A stretch of 64,000 bases of DNA from positions 10,645-74,644 of the forward strand of contig JACPXC010000039.1 in NCBI GenBank assembly GCA_016196755.1, given 5' to 3'. The notes beneath the pieces are model-generated. The model did not search any database, was not told the origin of the DNA, and saw nothing but the letters and a program-made list of their open reading frames with translations. Below, piece by piece: positions 8,344 to 16,686 of the stretch; the first letter of the stretch is position 1, and each line of letters starts with the position of its first letter. This stretch comes from Elusimicrobiota bacterium (lineage in GTDB: Bacteria > Elusimicrobiota > Elusimicrobia > UBA1565). The translations under genes and the position numbers were made by a program.

Positions 8344-9747
8344 CTATGAGACCATGAAGCTGTAGGCCGCGTAGCGGCCGGAGTGGGACAGGGACACCCC
8401 CCAGTCCTGCAGCTTGCCGCGGCGCAGGACCCGCGGCAGGCCGTCGTCCTCGCTGATCGCCAGGAGCGCCGCCGAAGGGATGTCGTCGGCCGATTCGGCG
8501 ATGAAGTCCAGCAGGCGCCGGCGCGCGAAATCGCCGGGATTCTCGCCGGAAGGCACCTCCTCCACGCGCCAGAGCACGTCGCCGGGCTGGTCGGCGTCGC
8601 CGACCGAACCGCCGCGCAGGACGGCCAGGCAGTGCACCTTGTCGTCGTCGGCGTCGGTGAAGGAGATGTCGGCCTGCGCCCCGGTCGGGCGGTGCAGGGC
8701 CTTGCGGCGGAACAGATCGACCTCGATCATCCGGAAGGCGCCGTGCGGGGTCATTATCCCGGCCTGGGTGAAGGCCTTGTGAGCGGCCTCCTTGGCCGCG
8801 AAGTACATCCAAAAGGTACGGAAGCGGGACCCTTTGAGCTGAGACGAGAAGTAGGATAGCTCCTTGGCGCTCAGATGGCGGGTCAGCCAATCCGTGTCGG
8901 CCTCGCCGCTTTCCAAATCGAAGTTCTCGCGGTGGCGCTCGGCGCCGAGGTCGACGACGTCGTTGCCCGCGCAGTTCTTGCTCAGGACGCTCCCCGCGAA
9001 CCAGCGCTCCTGGAGACCCGCCAGCACGGTGAAAAGCCGCTCGGAGACCGCTCGCGGGGTGGTCTCCCCCGGCAGGACGCCGTCGACGAGTTCGGCGTGC
9101 ATCCGGAACGCTTCGCCGCGGCGCGGCGCCACGGTGGCGAAGGTCTGACCCTCGCCGCGCAGGTACACGCAGAGGAACTTGGCCCCCGGCGTGGCCAGGG
9201 CCAAGCGGCCGAGGAAGTCCTTGGGCTTGCGGGAGTCCAGCCAGCCGTTGCGCGCCCGCCCGGCCTCGGGATAGACGAAGACCGAGCCGCCTTCCTTCAG
9301 GATCAGCGCGCACTTCTCGAAGGCGGCCTCGCGCCAGCGCACCGAGGCCTCGTCCTCGCCCTCGCGCAAGAACGGGATGCAGCGGCACAGATACATGAGC
9401 GTGCGCACCGCGGCGGCCTTGAGCGGCGAGCCCACCGCGTAGTAGTTCCGATACTCGGGGGTCGACCAGGGCAGGCGGTTGGCCTGTCCCGCCCGGCTCA
9501 TCGGGAACACCGCCCAGAAGACCAGGAAGGAGTCGATCATGGTCAGGTGGTTGGCCGCCCAGATGACCGGACCGGGGTGGGCGTCGAGCTTGGCCCAGAG
9601 CTCGGCGCGGAAGCGCTCGAGGTCCTTGAACGTATAGCCGAACCTGAGCCGCCCCATCGCTATGATGAGGGCGTAGGTCGGGTAGGCCAGGAGGCGGCTC
9701 CAGAGCGCCTGGCGGCGCAGCTGGGCCGTCTCCGCGGCGCTCAGCAC
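8344..9747 (-). CDS. Fusion protein: lysophospholipid/glycerol-phosphate acyltransferase (PlsC/LPLAT) domain + 4'-phosphopantetheinyl transferase domain
   Basis: N-terminal half: NHX4D motif (AANHLTMIDSF) and YPEAGR (FPEGTR-like). C-terminal half: GNDVVDLGAERH, FAAKEAAHKAF (W/FxxKEAxxK) and VSLSHSGRYAAYSF, all typical of PPTases. GTG start 9747-9745 overlaps the upstream stop by 7 nt. Confidence 0.75.
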   Translation of the reverse strand: MLSAAETAQLRRQALWSRLLAYPTYALIIAMGRLRFGYTFKDLERFRAELWAKLDAHPGPVIWAANHLTMIDSFLVFWAVFPMSRAGQANRLPWSTPEYRNYYAVGSPLKAAAVRTLMYLCRCIPFLREGEDEASVRWREAAFEKCALILKEGGSVFVYPEAGRARNGWLDSRKPKDFLGRLALATPGAKFLCVYLRGEGQTFATVAPRRGEAFRMHAELVDGVLPGETTPRAVSERLFTVLAGLQERWFAGSVLSKNCAGNDVVDLGAERHRENFDLESGEADTDWLTRHLSAKELSYFSSQLKGSRFRTFWMYFAAKEAAHKAFTQAGIMTPHGAFRMIEVDLFRRKALHRPTGAQADISFTDADDDKVHCLAVLRGGSVGDADQPGDVLWRVEEVPSGENPGDFARRRLLDFIAESADDIPSAALLAISEDDGLPRVLRRGKLQDWGVSLSHSGRYAAYSFMVS

Positions 9748-10634
9748 CCGGAGAGGCGGATCGTCTCGGAGAGCAGGGTGCGGATCTGCGCGACCTTGGC
9801 TTCCTCGGCCGCCGAGCGCTTGCCGGCCTGCGCCGCTACCTCGGCTGAGACGCGCAGCTTCGCCGCGCTCATCTTGAGGCGGGTCTTGATCTCGGCTTCC
9901 TCGGTGCGCAGGGCGGCGACGCGGCCGGCGTCGTTGGAGGTGGTGGCGCCGGCCAATTTGTCGACGGCCATGGTCAGCTCCGAGCTCAGCGCCTCGTGGG
10001 CGGCCTTGTCCGCGGCGTAGGACTTCTGACGCGCCTCGGCCAGCGCAGCGGGGTCGGCCAGGAGGGCCTCGTAGGCCAAGGCCTGCGCGGCCAGGGTCTT
10101 CACGTTGGCGGCGGCCTCGTCCTTCTCTACCCCGGTCAGCTTCTCGGCCCGGGAGACGGCCTTCTTCAAGGCCTCGTTCATCTTATGCCCGTCGCCGACG
10201 ACGCTGATGTAGGCGAAGGACACCACGCGCTCGAGATAGGCGGGGTCGGAGGCCATGTGGCCGAAGTCCATGAGCATCTTGACCGAGAGGCCGGGCGTGG
10301 CGGCCAGGGCGTCCTGGCCGTCGAGGATGCGCAGCTTGCCCAGCTCGCCGTCCTCGAGGCGGAATTCGCCGTTGGCGCCTACGGGCACGCGGGTGGTCTT
10401 CTTGGTCAGGAACTGGCGCTCGATCGACATCGTGATGTCGGCCAGGTTGCTCGACTCGATGCCCATGCCGATGATGTGGCCCAAAAACGGGGTGTTGGCG
10501 TCGGCCGAGGACCAGTTGGCCTCGTTGGTGGCGTACTTCTTGACCCCGGCGATGATCCGCTTCTCCGTCTCGGCGGCGTCGATCGTGTTGAGGTCCGTCG
10601 CCTCGATGACCGTCTCTTTGCGCTTAAAGGCCAT
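9741..10634 (-). CDS. ACP-like domain protein with long Ala-rich, probably coiled-coil, C-terminal extension
   Basis: Strong SD (AGGAGA) 5 nt before ATG 10634. Residues ~25-75 (EKRIIAGVKKYA...PFLGHIIGMGIESSNLADITMSIERQF) align by eye with the ACP helix II region [20 protein letters not shown]. The remaining ~200 aa are Ala/Glu/Lys-rich heptad-like sequence. Confidence 0.45.
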   Translation of the reverse strand: MAFKRKETVIEATDLNTIDAAETEKRIIAGVKKYATNEANWSSADANTPFLGHIIGMGIESSNLADITMSIERQFLTKKTTRVPVGANGEFRLEDGELGKLRILDGQDALAATPGLSVKMLMDFGHMASDPAYLERVVSFAYISVVGDGHKMNEALKKAVSRAEKLTGVEKDEAAANVKTLAAQALAYEALLADPAALAEARQKSYAADKAAHEALSSELTMAVDKLAGATTSNDAGRVAALRTEEAEIKTRLKMSAAKLRVSAEVAAQAGKRSAAEEAKVAQIRTLLSETIRLSGC

Positions 10635-10675
10635 GGTCGTCTCCTGGTGCTGATGATGTGACGCTATTTTACCAA

Positions 10676-11980
10676 TTATTCCCAGCGCTTAAAGAGCAGA
10701 CAGCCGTTGACGTCGCCGAACCCGAACGACGCCTTGATGACGTAGTCCAGCCGTTTCTGGATCATCTCATGCGGGATGCTGCCCGCGATCTTCTGGATCT
10801 CGGGGTGCACCGTCTCGCAGTTGATAGAGGGATGGACGTAGCCCTGGGACAGCTGGTCGATGGCGGCCACGGCCTCCAGGGCGCCGGCCGCGCCCAGTGT
10901 GTGGCCGATCATCGACTTGGTCGACTGGATGAGCGGGAACTTCTCGAGCGGGAGCTCCAGGGCCTTGATCCAGCTGCCCGCCTCGCGAGGATCGGCCCCG
11001 GTCGAGGTCAAATGGCCGTTGATGAGCGAGATGGCCGACGGGGAGACGCCGGAGTCCTTGAGCACGCGCCGGATGCAGCGCGCCACACCGTCGGGGTTCG
11101 GGAAGGTCATCGTCCCCCCGTCGCGCTGGCCGCCGGAGTTGCAGTAGGCCGCCACGAGCTCGCAGTGGATCTTGGCCCCGCGCTTCTGGGCCGATTCGAG
11201 GCTCTCGATCCTGAGCACCGCCGCGCCGCCGGCCGGGACGAAGCCGCAGGCCCCGGCCCCCATCGGCTGGGAGCCCTTGCCCGGCATCTCGTTGTACTTG
11301 GAGCAGAGCACGTCGCGCATGGCGTCGAACCCCGACCAGACGCCGTAGTGGGAGCCCTCGGCCCCGCCCACGAACATCGACTCGGCGTAGCCGAGCTGGA
11401 TGTGCTTGTAGCCCTCGAAGATGGCCTCGGTGCCGGTGTTGCAGGCCGAGCTGTTGGTCGTGGTCTGCCCGCCCAGCCCCAGGAACTTGCCCACCGCGAC
11501 GCTGACCGAGCTGCCCATGACCTTGGGGACGATGTCGGTGCCCATCGGCGCCGTGCCGCGGCCGGGCTCCTGCTCCTCGGCCTCGGCCATGACGGGCCCG
11601 AGCTCCTCGAAGATGGTGTCCATCCCGCCCACGCCGCAGCCGATGAAGGCGCCGGTGTCCCAATCCACGGGGGTGTTCTGGTAGCCCTTGAGGAGGTCGA
11701 CGGCCATCCCCGAGTCGCGCGCGCACTCCACGGCCGCCAAGGCAGCGTAGATCATGGCCTCGCTGAGCTTATGGTAGTCGGTCTGCGGGAGGACCTTGAG
11801 GATGTCGTCCTCCTCGATCGGCGGTGCCCCGCCGATCTGGCAGGCGAAATTGAGCTTCTTGAGCTGTTCGTGCCAGGTGATGCCGGACTTTCCGGCCTTG
11901 AGGGCGGCGCGATAGGCCGGCAGGCCCACGCCGTTGGGAGCGACCACGCCTAGACCGGTGACGACCACGCGCTTGCGCAT
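10676..11980 (-). CDS. Beta-ketoacyl-ACP synthase I/II (FabB/FabF-like elongating KAS)
   Basis: Track ORF 10676-12256 trimmed to ATG 11980-11978 (MRKRVVVTGLGVVAPNG). Active-site region NSSACNTGTEAI, then GHLTSTGADP and GHTLGAAGALE. The start shares one nt with the upstream stop (TGATG). Confidence 0.9.
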   Translation of the reverse strand: MRKRVVVTGLGVVAPNGVGLPAYRAALKAGKSGITWHEQLKKLNFACQIGGAPPIEEDDILKVLPQTDYHKLSEAMIYAALAAVECARDSGMAVDLLKGYQNTPVDWDTGAFIGCGVGGMDTIFEELGPVMAEAEEQEPGRGTAPMGTDIVPKVMGSSVSVAVGKFLGLGGQTTTNSSACNTGTEAIFEGYKHIQLGYAESMFVGGAEGSHYGVWSGFDAMRDVLCSKYNEMPGKGSQPMGAGACGFVPAGGAAVLRIESLESAQKRGAKIHCELVAAYCNSGGQRDGGTMTFPNPDGVARCIRRVLKDSGVSPSAISLINGHLTSTGADPREAGSWIKALELPLEKFPLIQSTKSMIGHTLGAAGALEAVAAIDQLSQGYVHPSINCETVHPEIQKIAGSIPHEMIQKRLDYVIKASFGFGDVNGCLLFKRWE

Positions 11981-12468
11981 CAAAACCCTCCCGAGCCCTT
12001 GGGGACGAACATCCCCGCCGTCCTGCCGCTGAAGATCTCCTCTCCGTCCTTCGGCCCGCCCATGAACTGGATCTCGACGCTGCTGACCAGCTTGTTGCCG
12101 CGGAAATAGCCGTCCTCGCCGAACCGAGCCATCGCGGCCACCCTGTCGCCGGGCTTGACCACCTTCTTGAAGACCCCGCGCTCGATGTCGGTGAAGAAGC
12201 CCACCATCTGGCGGATCTCGTCGGGGGTGTTGGTCTTGGCCAGGTGGAAGATGCACCAGGCCACGCTGCCGACCTGGGCCGCCATCTCGATGAGCTTTAC
12301 CCCGGGGACGACCGGGTAGCCGGGGAAGTGCCCGTCGCAGTCCTCTTGCTTCCAGGTGTAGGTCGCCAGGATGTGCTCGTCGTCGAGCTCTAGGATCTCG
12401 TCGACGAAGCGCATCGGGCGCGCCTGCGGCACCATCGCCAGCACTTCCGCGGGGGTCATGGGCTTCAT
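11980..12468 (-). CDS. FabZ-like 3-hydroxyacyl-ACP dehydratase (single hotdog)
   Basis: RFVDEILELD...GHFPGYPVVPGVKLIEMAAQ is the FabZ-type catalytic His motif. Confidence 0.85.
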   Translation of the reverse strand: MKPMTPAEVLAMVPQARPMRFVDEILELDDEHILATYTWKQEDCDGHFPGYPVVPGVKLIEMAAQVGSVAWCIFHLAKTNTPDEIRQMVGFFTDIERGVFKKVVKPGDRVAAMARFGEDGYFRGNKLVSSVEIQFMGGPKDGEEIFSGRTAGMFVPKGSGGF

Positions 12469-13193
12469 AACGCCATCCCCCCGTCCACCGCGATGACGGT
12501 CCCGTTGGCGAAGTCGTTCTCGATGAGGTGGGCCACGGCCTGGGCCACGGCCTCCGGGGCGCCGAAGGAGCCCAGCGCCACCTGGGCCATGATCTTCTCG
12601 CGCATCTCGGGGGCTATGCCGTCGGTCATCGCGGTCTCGATGAAGCCCGGCGACACCGCGTTGACGCGCACGCCGCGCGGGCCCAGCTCGAAGGCGAACT
12701 GCAGGGTCAGCGCCTCGAGCGCGGCCTTGGAGGCGCGGTAGAGCGCGCTGCCGACCAGGGCCTTGCGGGCCAGGATCGAGCTGACGTTGACGATGACGCC
12801 GGAACCCGCCGAGGCCATCTCCTTGCCGAAGTCGCGCATCAGGAAGGCCGGGCCCTTGAGGTTGACCGAGACCAGCGAGTCGAAGCTGGTCTCCTGGATC
12901 ATCAGCGCGGGCTCGTGCGGGCGGTCGGTGCCCGCGTTGTTGACCAGGACGTACGGGGCGCCTTGGGCGAGGACGGCATCGAGCAGGCTCTTGCGTCCCG
13001 CCTCGGAGGAGAGGTCGGCGCGGACGATGAAGGAGTCCGGGATCTCGGCCCTGAGGGCCTCGGCCGCGGCCTGGTTGCCGTTGTAATGCAGGGCCAGGCG
13101 CAGTCCGCCCTCGCTCTTCTGGTGGATCAGCTTGGCCGTGGCCCGGCCGATGCCGCCCGAGGCTCCCGTCACGACGGCGATGTCCTTAGGCAT
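12465..13193 (-). CDS. 3-oxoacyl-ACP reductase (FabG-type SDR)
   Basis: Track ORF 12465-13853 trimmed to ATG 13193-13191 (MPKDIAVVTGASGGIGRATA). NNAG, and YRASKAALEAL (YxxxK). Overlaps neighbours at both ends (4 nt and 1 nt). Confidence 0.9.
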   Translation of the reverse strand: MPKDIAVVTGASGGIGRATAKLIHQKSEGGLRLALHYNGNQAAAEALRAEIPDSFIVRADLSSEAGRKSLLDAVLAQGAPYVLVNNAGTDRPHEPALMIQETSFDSLVSVNLKGPAFLMRDFGKEMASAGSGVIVNVSSILARKALVGSALYRASKAALEALTLQFAFELGPRGVRVNAVSPGFIETAMTDGIAPEMREKIMAQVALGSFGAPEAVAQAVAHLIENDFANGTVIAVDGGMAL

Positions 13194-14323
13194 CAAGCCC
13201 TCACCATGAGTTTCCCGCCGCGGCCCATGACCCCGTCGACCGGGTAGTCGCAATAGCGGATGTTCTTGTGGCAGCCCACGTTGGCGTTGGCCATGGCGAG
13301 GACGCGCCGCCCGTCGGCGAAGACCTCGGCGTCGGCGCGCGCGAAGGCGTCGCCGGTCTGCGGGGCCTTGAAGTACTTGAGGATCTTGAGCTTGTAGACG
13401 AGCTCCGCGTCCTTGGGCGTCACCGCGCCGAAGAGCTCGACGCGCTCGAACCCCAGCGCCCGGCCGGTGCCGGCGTTGCCGGCCCAGGCGAGGAACATGC
13501 CGAGCAGCTGCCAGACCCCGTCCACCAGGAGCGCGGCGGGCTTGCTCCCGCCGCTCATCGGGAAGAACCACTCGGTAGGCGCGTTGGCGCGCGTGGCGAG
13601 GATCTCGCCCTCGCCGGCCGCCTCGTCGAAGGCGATGCGGCGCACGTCGCGGACCTCGAGCATCAGCGAGTCTGGCAGGAGTCCCATCTCCCCGGCCGGG
13701 TCCTTGACCAAAGTCCCGCGCGAGAGGGCGATGATCTCCGGATGGGAGAACGCGCTCCGGCCGGTGAACTCGGCGGCGGAGAGCGGCGCCCGGTAGGCGG
13801 CCTCGGGGGCAGGCGGCACGGCGCCTAGGACGGATTTCGACTCGTCCTGCCAATAACCCGTCCCGACCGCGGCCGAGGCTATCGTGTAGACCGGCACGCC
13901 GTCGACGGACACGGAGGCCTTGCCGGTGACCATAGCCTCGCCGCCGTCGCGCTCGATGGACAGGACGTCCACCGCGTAGACGACCTCTTTGTCATACGGG
14001 CGGATCTGGCCGAAGAACGAGACGCCCTCCATCCCCATCGGCTTGTCGCAGGCGGGCAGGCCGCGCCAAGCCGCGAAAAGGCGCAGGGCCTGCCAGACGG
14101 CGTCCACGCCCCAGCAGCCGGGCATGACCGGGTCGCCGAGGAAATGGCAGCCGTAGAACCAGTCGTCGACGCTGTTGCGGCGCACGGCCTCGATGCGCCC
14201 GGTGCCGGCGGCCTCGTCCCATGCCAGAACCCGCACCGAGTGGAAGGGCAGGAGCAGCGCGCGCGGCAAAGTGCCCGCCTCGGCCATGGCGAGGAGCTCG
14301 GTCTCGCCCATGACGGCGCTCAC
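13193..14323 (-). CDS. FabA-type dehydratase/isomerase hotdog fused to a second, apparently catalytically degenerate hotdog
   Basis: Track ORF 13193-14941 trimmed. GTG 14323-14321 overlaps the upstream TGA (GTGA); ATG 14311 is an alternative. N-terminal half has WFYGCHFLGDPVMPGCWGVDAVWQ (FabA active-site signature). C-terminal half has WFFPMSGGSKPAALLVDGVWQLLGMF, which lacks the His and DPVMPG. Confidence 0.8.
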   Translation of the reverse strand: MSAVMGETELLAMAEAGTLPRALLLPFHSVRVLAWDEAAGTGRIEAVRRNSVDDWFYGCHFLGDPVMPGCWGVDAVWQALRLFAAWRGLPACDKPMGMEGVSFFGQIRPYDKEVVYAVDVLSIERDGGEAMVTGKASVSVDGVPVYTIASAAVGTGYWQDESKSVLGAVPPAPEAAYRAPLSAAEFTGRSAFSHPEIIALSRGTLVKDPAGEMGLLPDSLMLEVRDVRRIAFDEAAGEGEILATRANAPTEWFFPMSGGSKPAALLVDGVWQLLGMFLAWAGNAGTGRALGFERVELFGAVTPKDAELVYKLKILKYFKAPQTGDAFARADAEVFADGRRVLAMANANVGCHKNIRYCDYPVDGVMGRGGKLMVRA

Positions 14324-15324
14324 GCCAGGGCCTCCATGTAGCCGCCCCCCCAGGCCAGACCGGAGCCGAGGACGGCGTAGACCAGCTGGTCGCCCTTCTT
14401 GAAGCGCCCCATGTTCTGGGCGATGACCGACGGACAGCCGGCGGCGGCGATGTTGCCCTGCTCGCGGACGTTGCGCAGGTGGCGCTCCGCGGGAAGGCTG
14501 AGATGGCCGAGGATCGAGTCCTGCATGACATGGTTGGCCTGATGGGCCACGGTGTAGACGCCCTCGGCGTAGAGGCCCTTGGCCGCGGCGATCGACTCGT
14601 ACATCTCGCAGGTCTTGCGGATGGAGAACTCGCGCACCATGGCGCCGTTCTGCGCGAAATGGCCCGCGCTGTCGATGATGATGTCGTCGGCGCCGCCCGG
14701 GGCGGTCTCGAAGATCATCGGTTCTACCGAGAGCTTGCCGGGACGCCGCGCCGACATCACCTCGGCGGCGGCGCCATCGCCCCAAATGTAGCCGTCGAAC
14801 GAGTCCGGGGAATAATCGGTACGCACCGTATACGCGCTGGCCTGCACGCACAACACGACCTCGGGCATTCGGTCCGGGCGCATGTCGGCCAACAGCTTCA
14901 TGTGTCGGGCGAAGCTCGAGCAGGCGCTGTTGACGTCGCAATGCGGGCCGGGGCCGATCCCCAGGGCCTTGGCGATGAGCGCCGCGCTGCTCGGGATCGT
15001 CTCGAAGGGGGTGTCGTTGTTGGCGATGACCCAGCCGACTTCCTCGGCCTTGACCCCCGCGTCGGCCAGGGCGCGCCGGGCGGCCTCCGCTCCCAAGGAC
15101 ACAGGGGTCTCGCCGCGCGCGCGCGCGTGCAGGATGGCCTGGGCGGGGTCGGCGTTCTTGGTCTGCTTGATGTAGTCGCGGCTCAGGACGGAGTAGCGCT
15201 TCTGGATGCCCAGGCGCGAATCCACCCAGTCCTGGCCGCGCTTGAGTCCGACCTCCCGCTGGAGGAAGTCGTTGGTGATCTCGGTGGCGGGGAGGGCCCA
15301 GCCCATCCCCAGGATCTGCAGCAT
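14320..15324 (-). CDS. Beta-ketoacyl-ACP synthase III (FabH-like initiating KAS)
   Basis: Track ORF 14320-15606 trimmed to ATG 15324-15322 (MLQILGMGWALP). Cys-His-Asn regions: DVNSACSSFA, VAHQANHVM, GNIAAAGCP. Confidence 0.85.
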   Translation of the reverse strand: MLQILGMGWALPATEITNDFLQREVGLKRGQDWVDSRLGIQKRYSVLSRDYIKQTKNADPAQAILHARARGETPVSLGAEAARRALADAGVKAEEVGWVIANNDTPFETIPSSAALIAKALGIGPGPHCDVNSACSSFARHMKLLADMRPDRMPEVVLCVQASAYTVRTDYSPDSFDGYIWGDGAAAEVMSARRPGKLSVEPMIFETAPGGADDIIIDSAGHFAQNGAMVREFSIRKTCEMYESIAAAKGLYAEGVYTVAHQANHVMQDSILGHLSLPAERHLRNVREQGNIAAAGCPSVIAQNMGRFKKGDQLVYAVLGSGLAWGGGYMEALA

Positions 15325-16310
15325 CAGACTCCGGAGACCGCCTCGCCGCCGTCGACCCGGATGACCTCGCCGTTGGCCCAGGCGAAGCCGGGCAGGCAGA
15401 GCGAGAGGATCGCCTCGGCCACGTCCTCGGGCGTGGTCAGACGGTGGAAGGGGTTGCGCAGGCGGGCCTGCGCCTTCATGAGGTCGAAGTTCGGGATGGC
15501 GTTGCCGGCCGGGGTGTCGGTGATGCCGGCCTGGACCACGTAGGAGCGCACGCCGTAGGGCGCCAGCTCGACGGCCATCGCGCGGCAGGAGGCCTCGAGC
15601 GCGCACTTGGCCGCCGAGACCGCGGCGTAGCCCTTCCAGGCGATCTCATTGCCCTCGGAGGTCATCGCCACCATGCGGGCGTCCTTGGTCAGCAGGCCCG
15701 CGTTGGAGAGCTCCCGCGCCCAGAGCAGGTAGTCGTAGCCCATCATCCAGACCGTGCGCTGGAGGTCCTCCTCGCTGAGGAGTTCCTCGCGGTACGGGAT
15801 CCTGCTGTCGGCCAGCGTATAGAGGGCGTCGCAGCCCTTCTGGTGGAAGGCGGCGTTCACGGCCCGCTTGAGGACGTCGGGCTCCACGGAGGCGCCCTCG
15901 GCCTTGAGGGACTCGGCCAGCCCGCGCAGGGCGATCCCTTTGAAGTCCGGGGTCTTATCCTCGGCGATCAGCTTGCAAGAGCCGGCGGCGATCGAGTGCA
16001 TGAACAGGTGCACCTTCCCGGCCCCGGCCTTCTCGGCGATGCTCTCGAATACCGTCCCGCGCTCCTCGTCGTCGAAAAGGTTGGCGTTGTGGGTGACGAG
16101 GGACACCCCGGCGGCCCGAATCTCGTCGAAATGCGGCTTGATGACGGTCTCGACGGTCCCTTCCTTGTCCTTATGGGCGATGAGGATGTTGAGGCCTTCC
16201 CGGGCCAAGCGCTTGGCGGCGGCCAGGCCGAAGCCGGAGGACCCCCCCAAAATGACGCCCCAAAGGCCTTTTCCGCGGAATACACCGGTTTCTTGGTTCA
16301 TTCTTGTCAT
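15324..16310 (-). CDS. Enoyl-ACP reductase of the SDR type (FabI/FabL/FabV-like)
   Basis: VILGGSSGFGLAAAKRLA nucleotide-binding region; WKGYAAVSAAKCALEASCRAMAVEL (Y-x6-K as in FabI/FabL). First gene of the lipid operon. ATG 16301 is an alternative start. Confidence 0.7.
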   Translation of the reverse strand: MTRMNQETGVFRGKGLWGVILGGSSGFGLAAAKRLAREGLNILIAHKDKEGTVETVIKPHFDEIRAAGVSLVTHNANLFDDEERGTVFESIAEKAGAGKVHLFMHSIAAGSCKLIAEDKTPDFKGIALRGLAESLKAEGASVEPDVLKRAVNAAFHQKGCDALYTLADSRIPYREELLSEEDLQRTVWMMGYDYLLWARELSNAGLLTKDARMVAMTSEGNEIAWKGYAAVSAAKCALEASCRAMAVELAPYGVRSYVVQAGITDTPAGNAIPNFDLMKAQARLRNPFHRLTTPEDVAEAILSLCLPGFAWANGEVIRVDGGEAVSGV

Positions 16311-16321
16311 GGATTATACGT

Positions 16322-16359
16322 AAAAAAACGGGCGGGAGGCGCTGCCGCCCCCCCGCCCG
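16322..16359 (-). terminator. Rho-independent terminator downstream of ppiC-like gene
   Basis: On the minus strand, stem CGGGCGGG (16359-16352) pairs with CCCGCCCG (16336-29), followed by TTTTTTT (16328-16322). Confidence 0.7.
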
Positions 16360-16379
16360 CCTTTCCGACCAACGCCGGA

Positions 16380-16664
16380 CTAAGCCGTGCGGCTGATGAC
16401 CTGGATGAGATGGTAGCCGAACTGCGTCTTGACCGGCCCTTGGACCGACATCGGGTCGGCCGAGAAGCAGACTTTGTCGAACTCGGGGACCATCGCCCCC
16501 TTGCCAAACGAGCCCAGGTCGCCGCCCGACTTGCCCGAGGGGCAGGAGGAGTGCTTCTTGGCCAGCTCGCCGAAATCGGCGCCGCCTTCGATCTGCTTCA
16601 TGAGGTCCTTGCAGTCCGCTTCCGTCTTGACCAGAATGTGCCGCGCGTGAGCCGTTGCCGCCAT
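16380..16664 (-). CDS. Parvulin-type peptidyl-prolyl cis-trans isomerase (PpiC-like)
   Basis: [55 protein letters not shown]...GYHLIQV is the classic small parvulin pattern. GGAGGA SD before ATG 16664. Confidence 0.9.
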   Translation of the reverse strand: MAATAHARHILVKTEADCKDLMKQIEGGADFGELAKKHSSCPSGKSGGDLGSFGKGAMVPEFDKVCFSADPMSVQGPVKTQFGYHLIQVISRTA

Positions 16665-16686
16665 AGTGTCCTCCGGTGTCAGCAGT

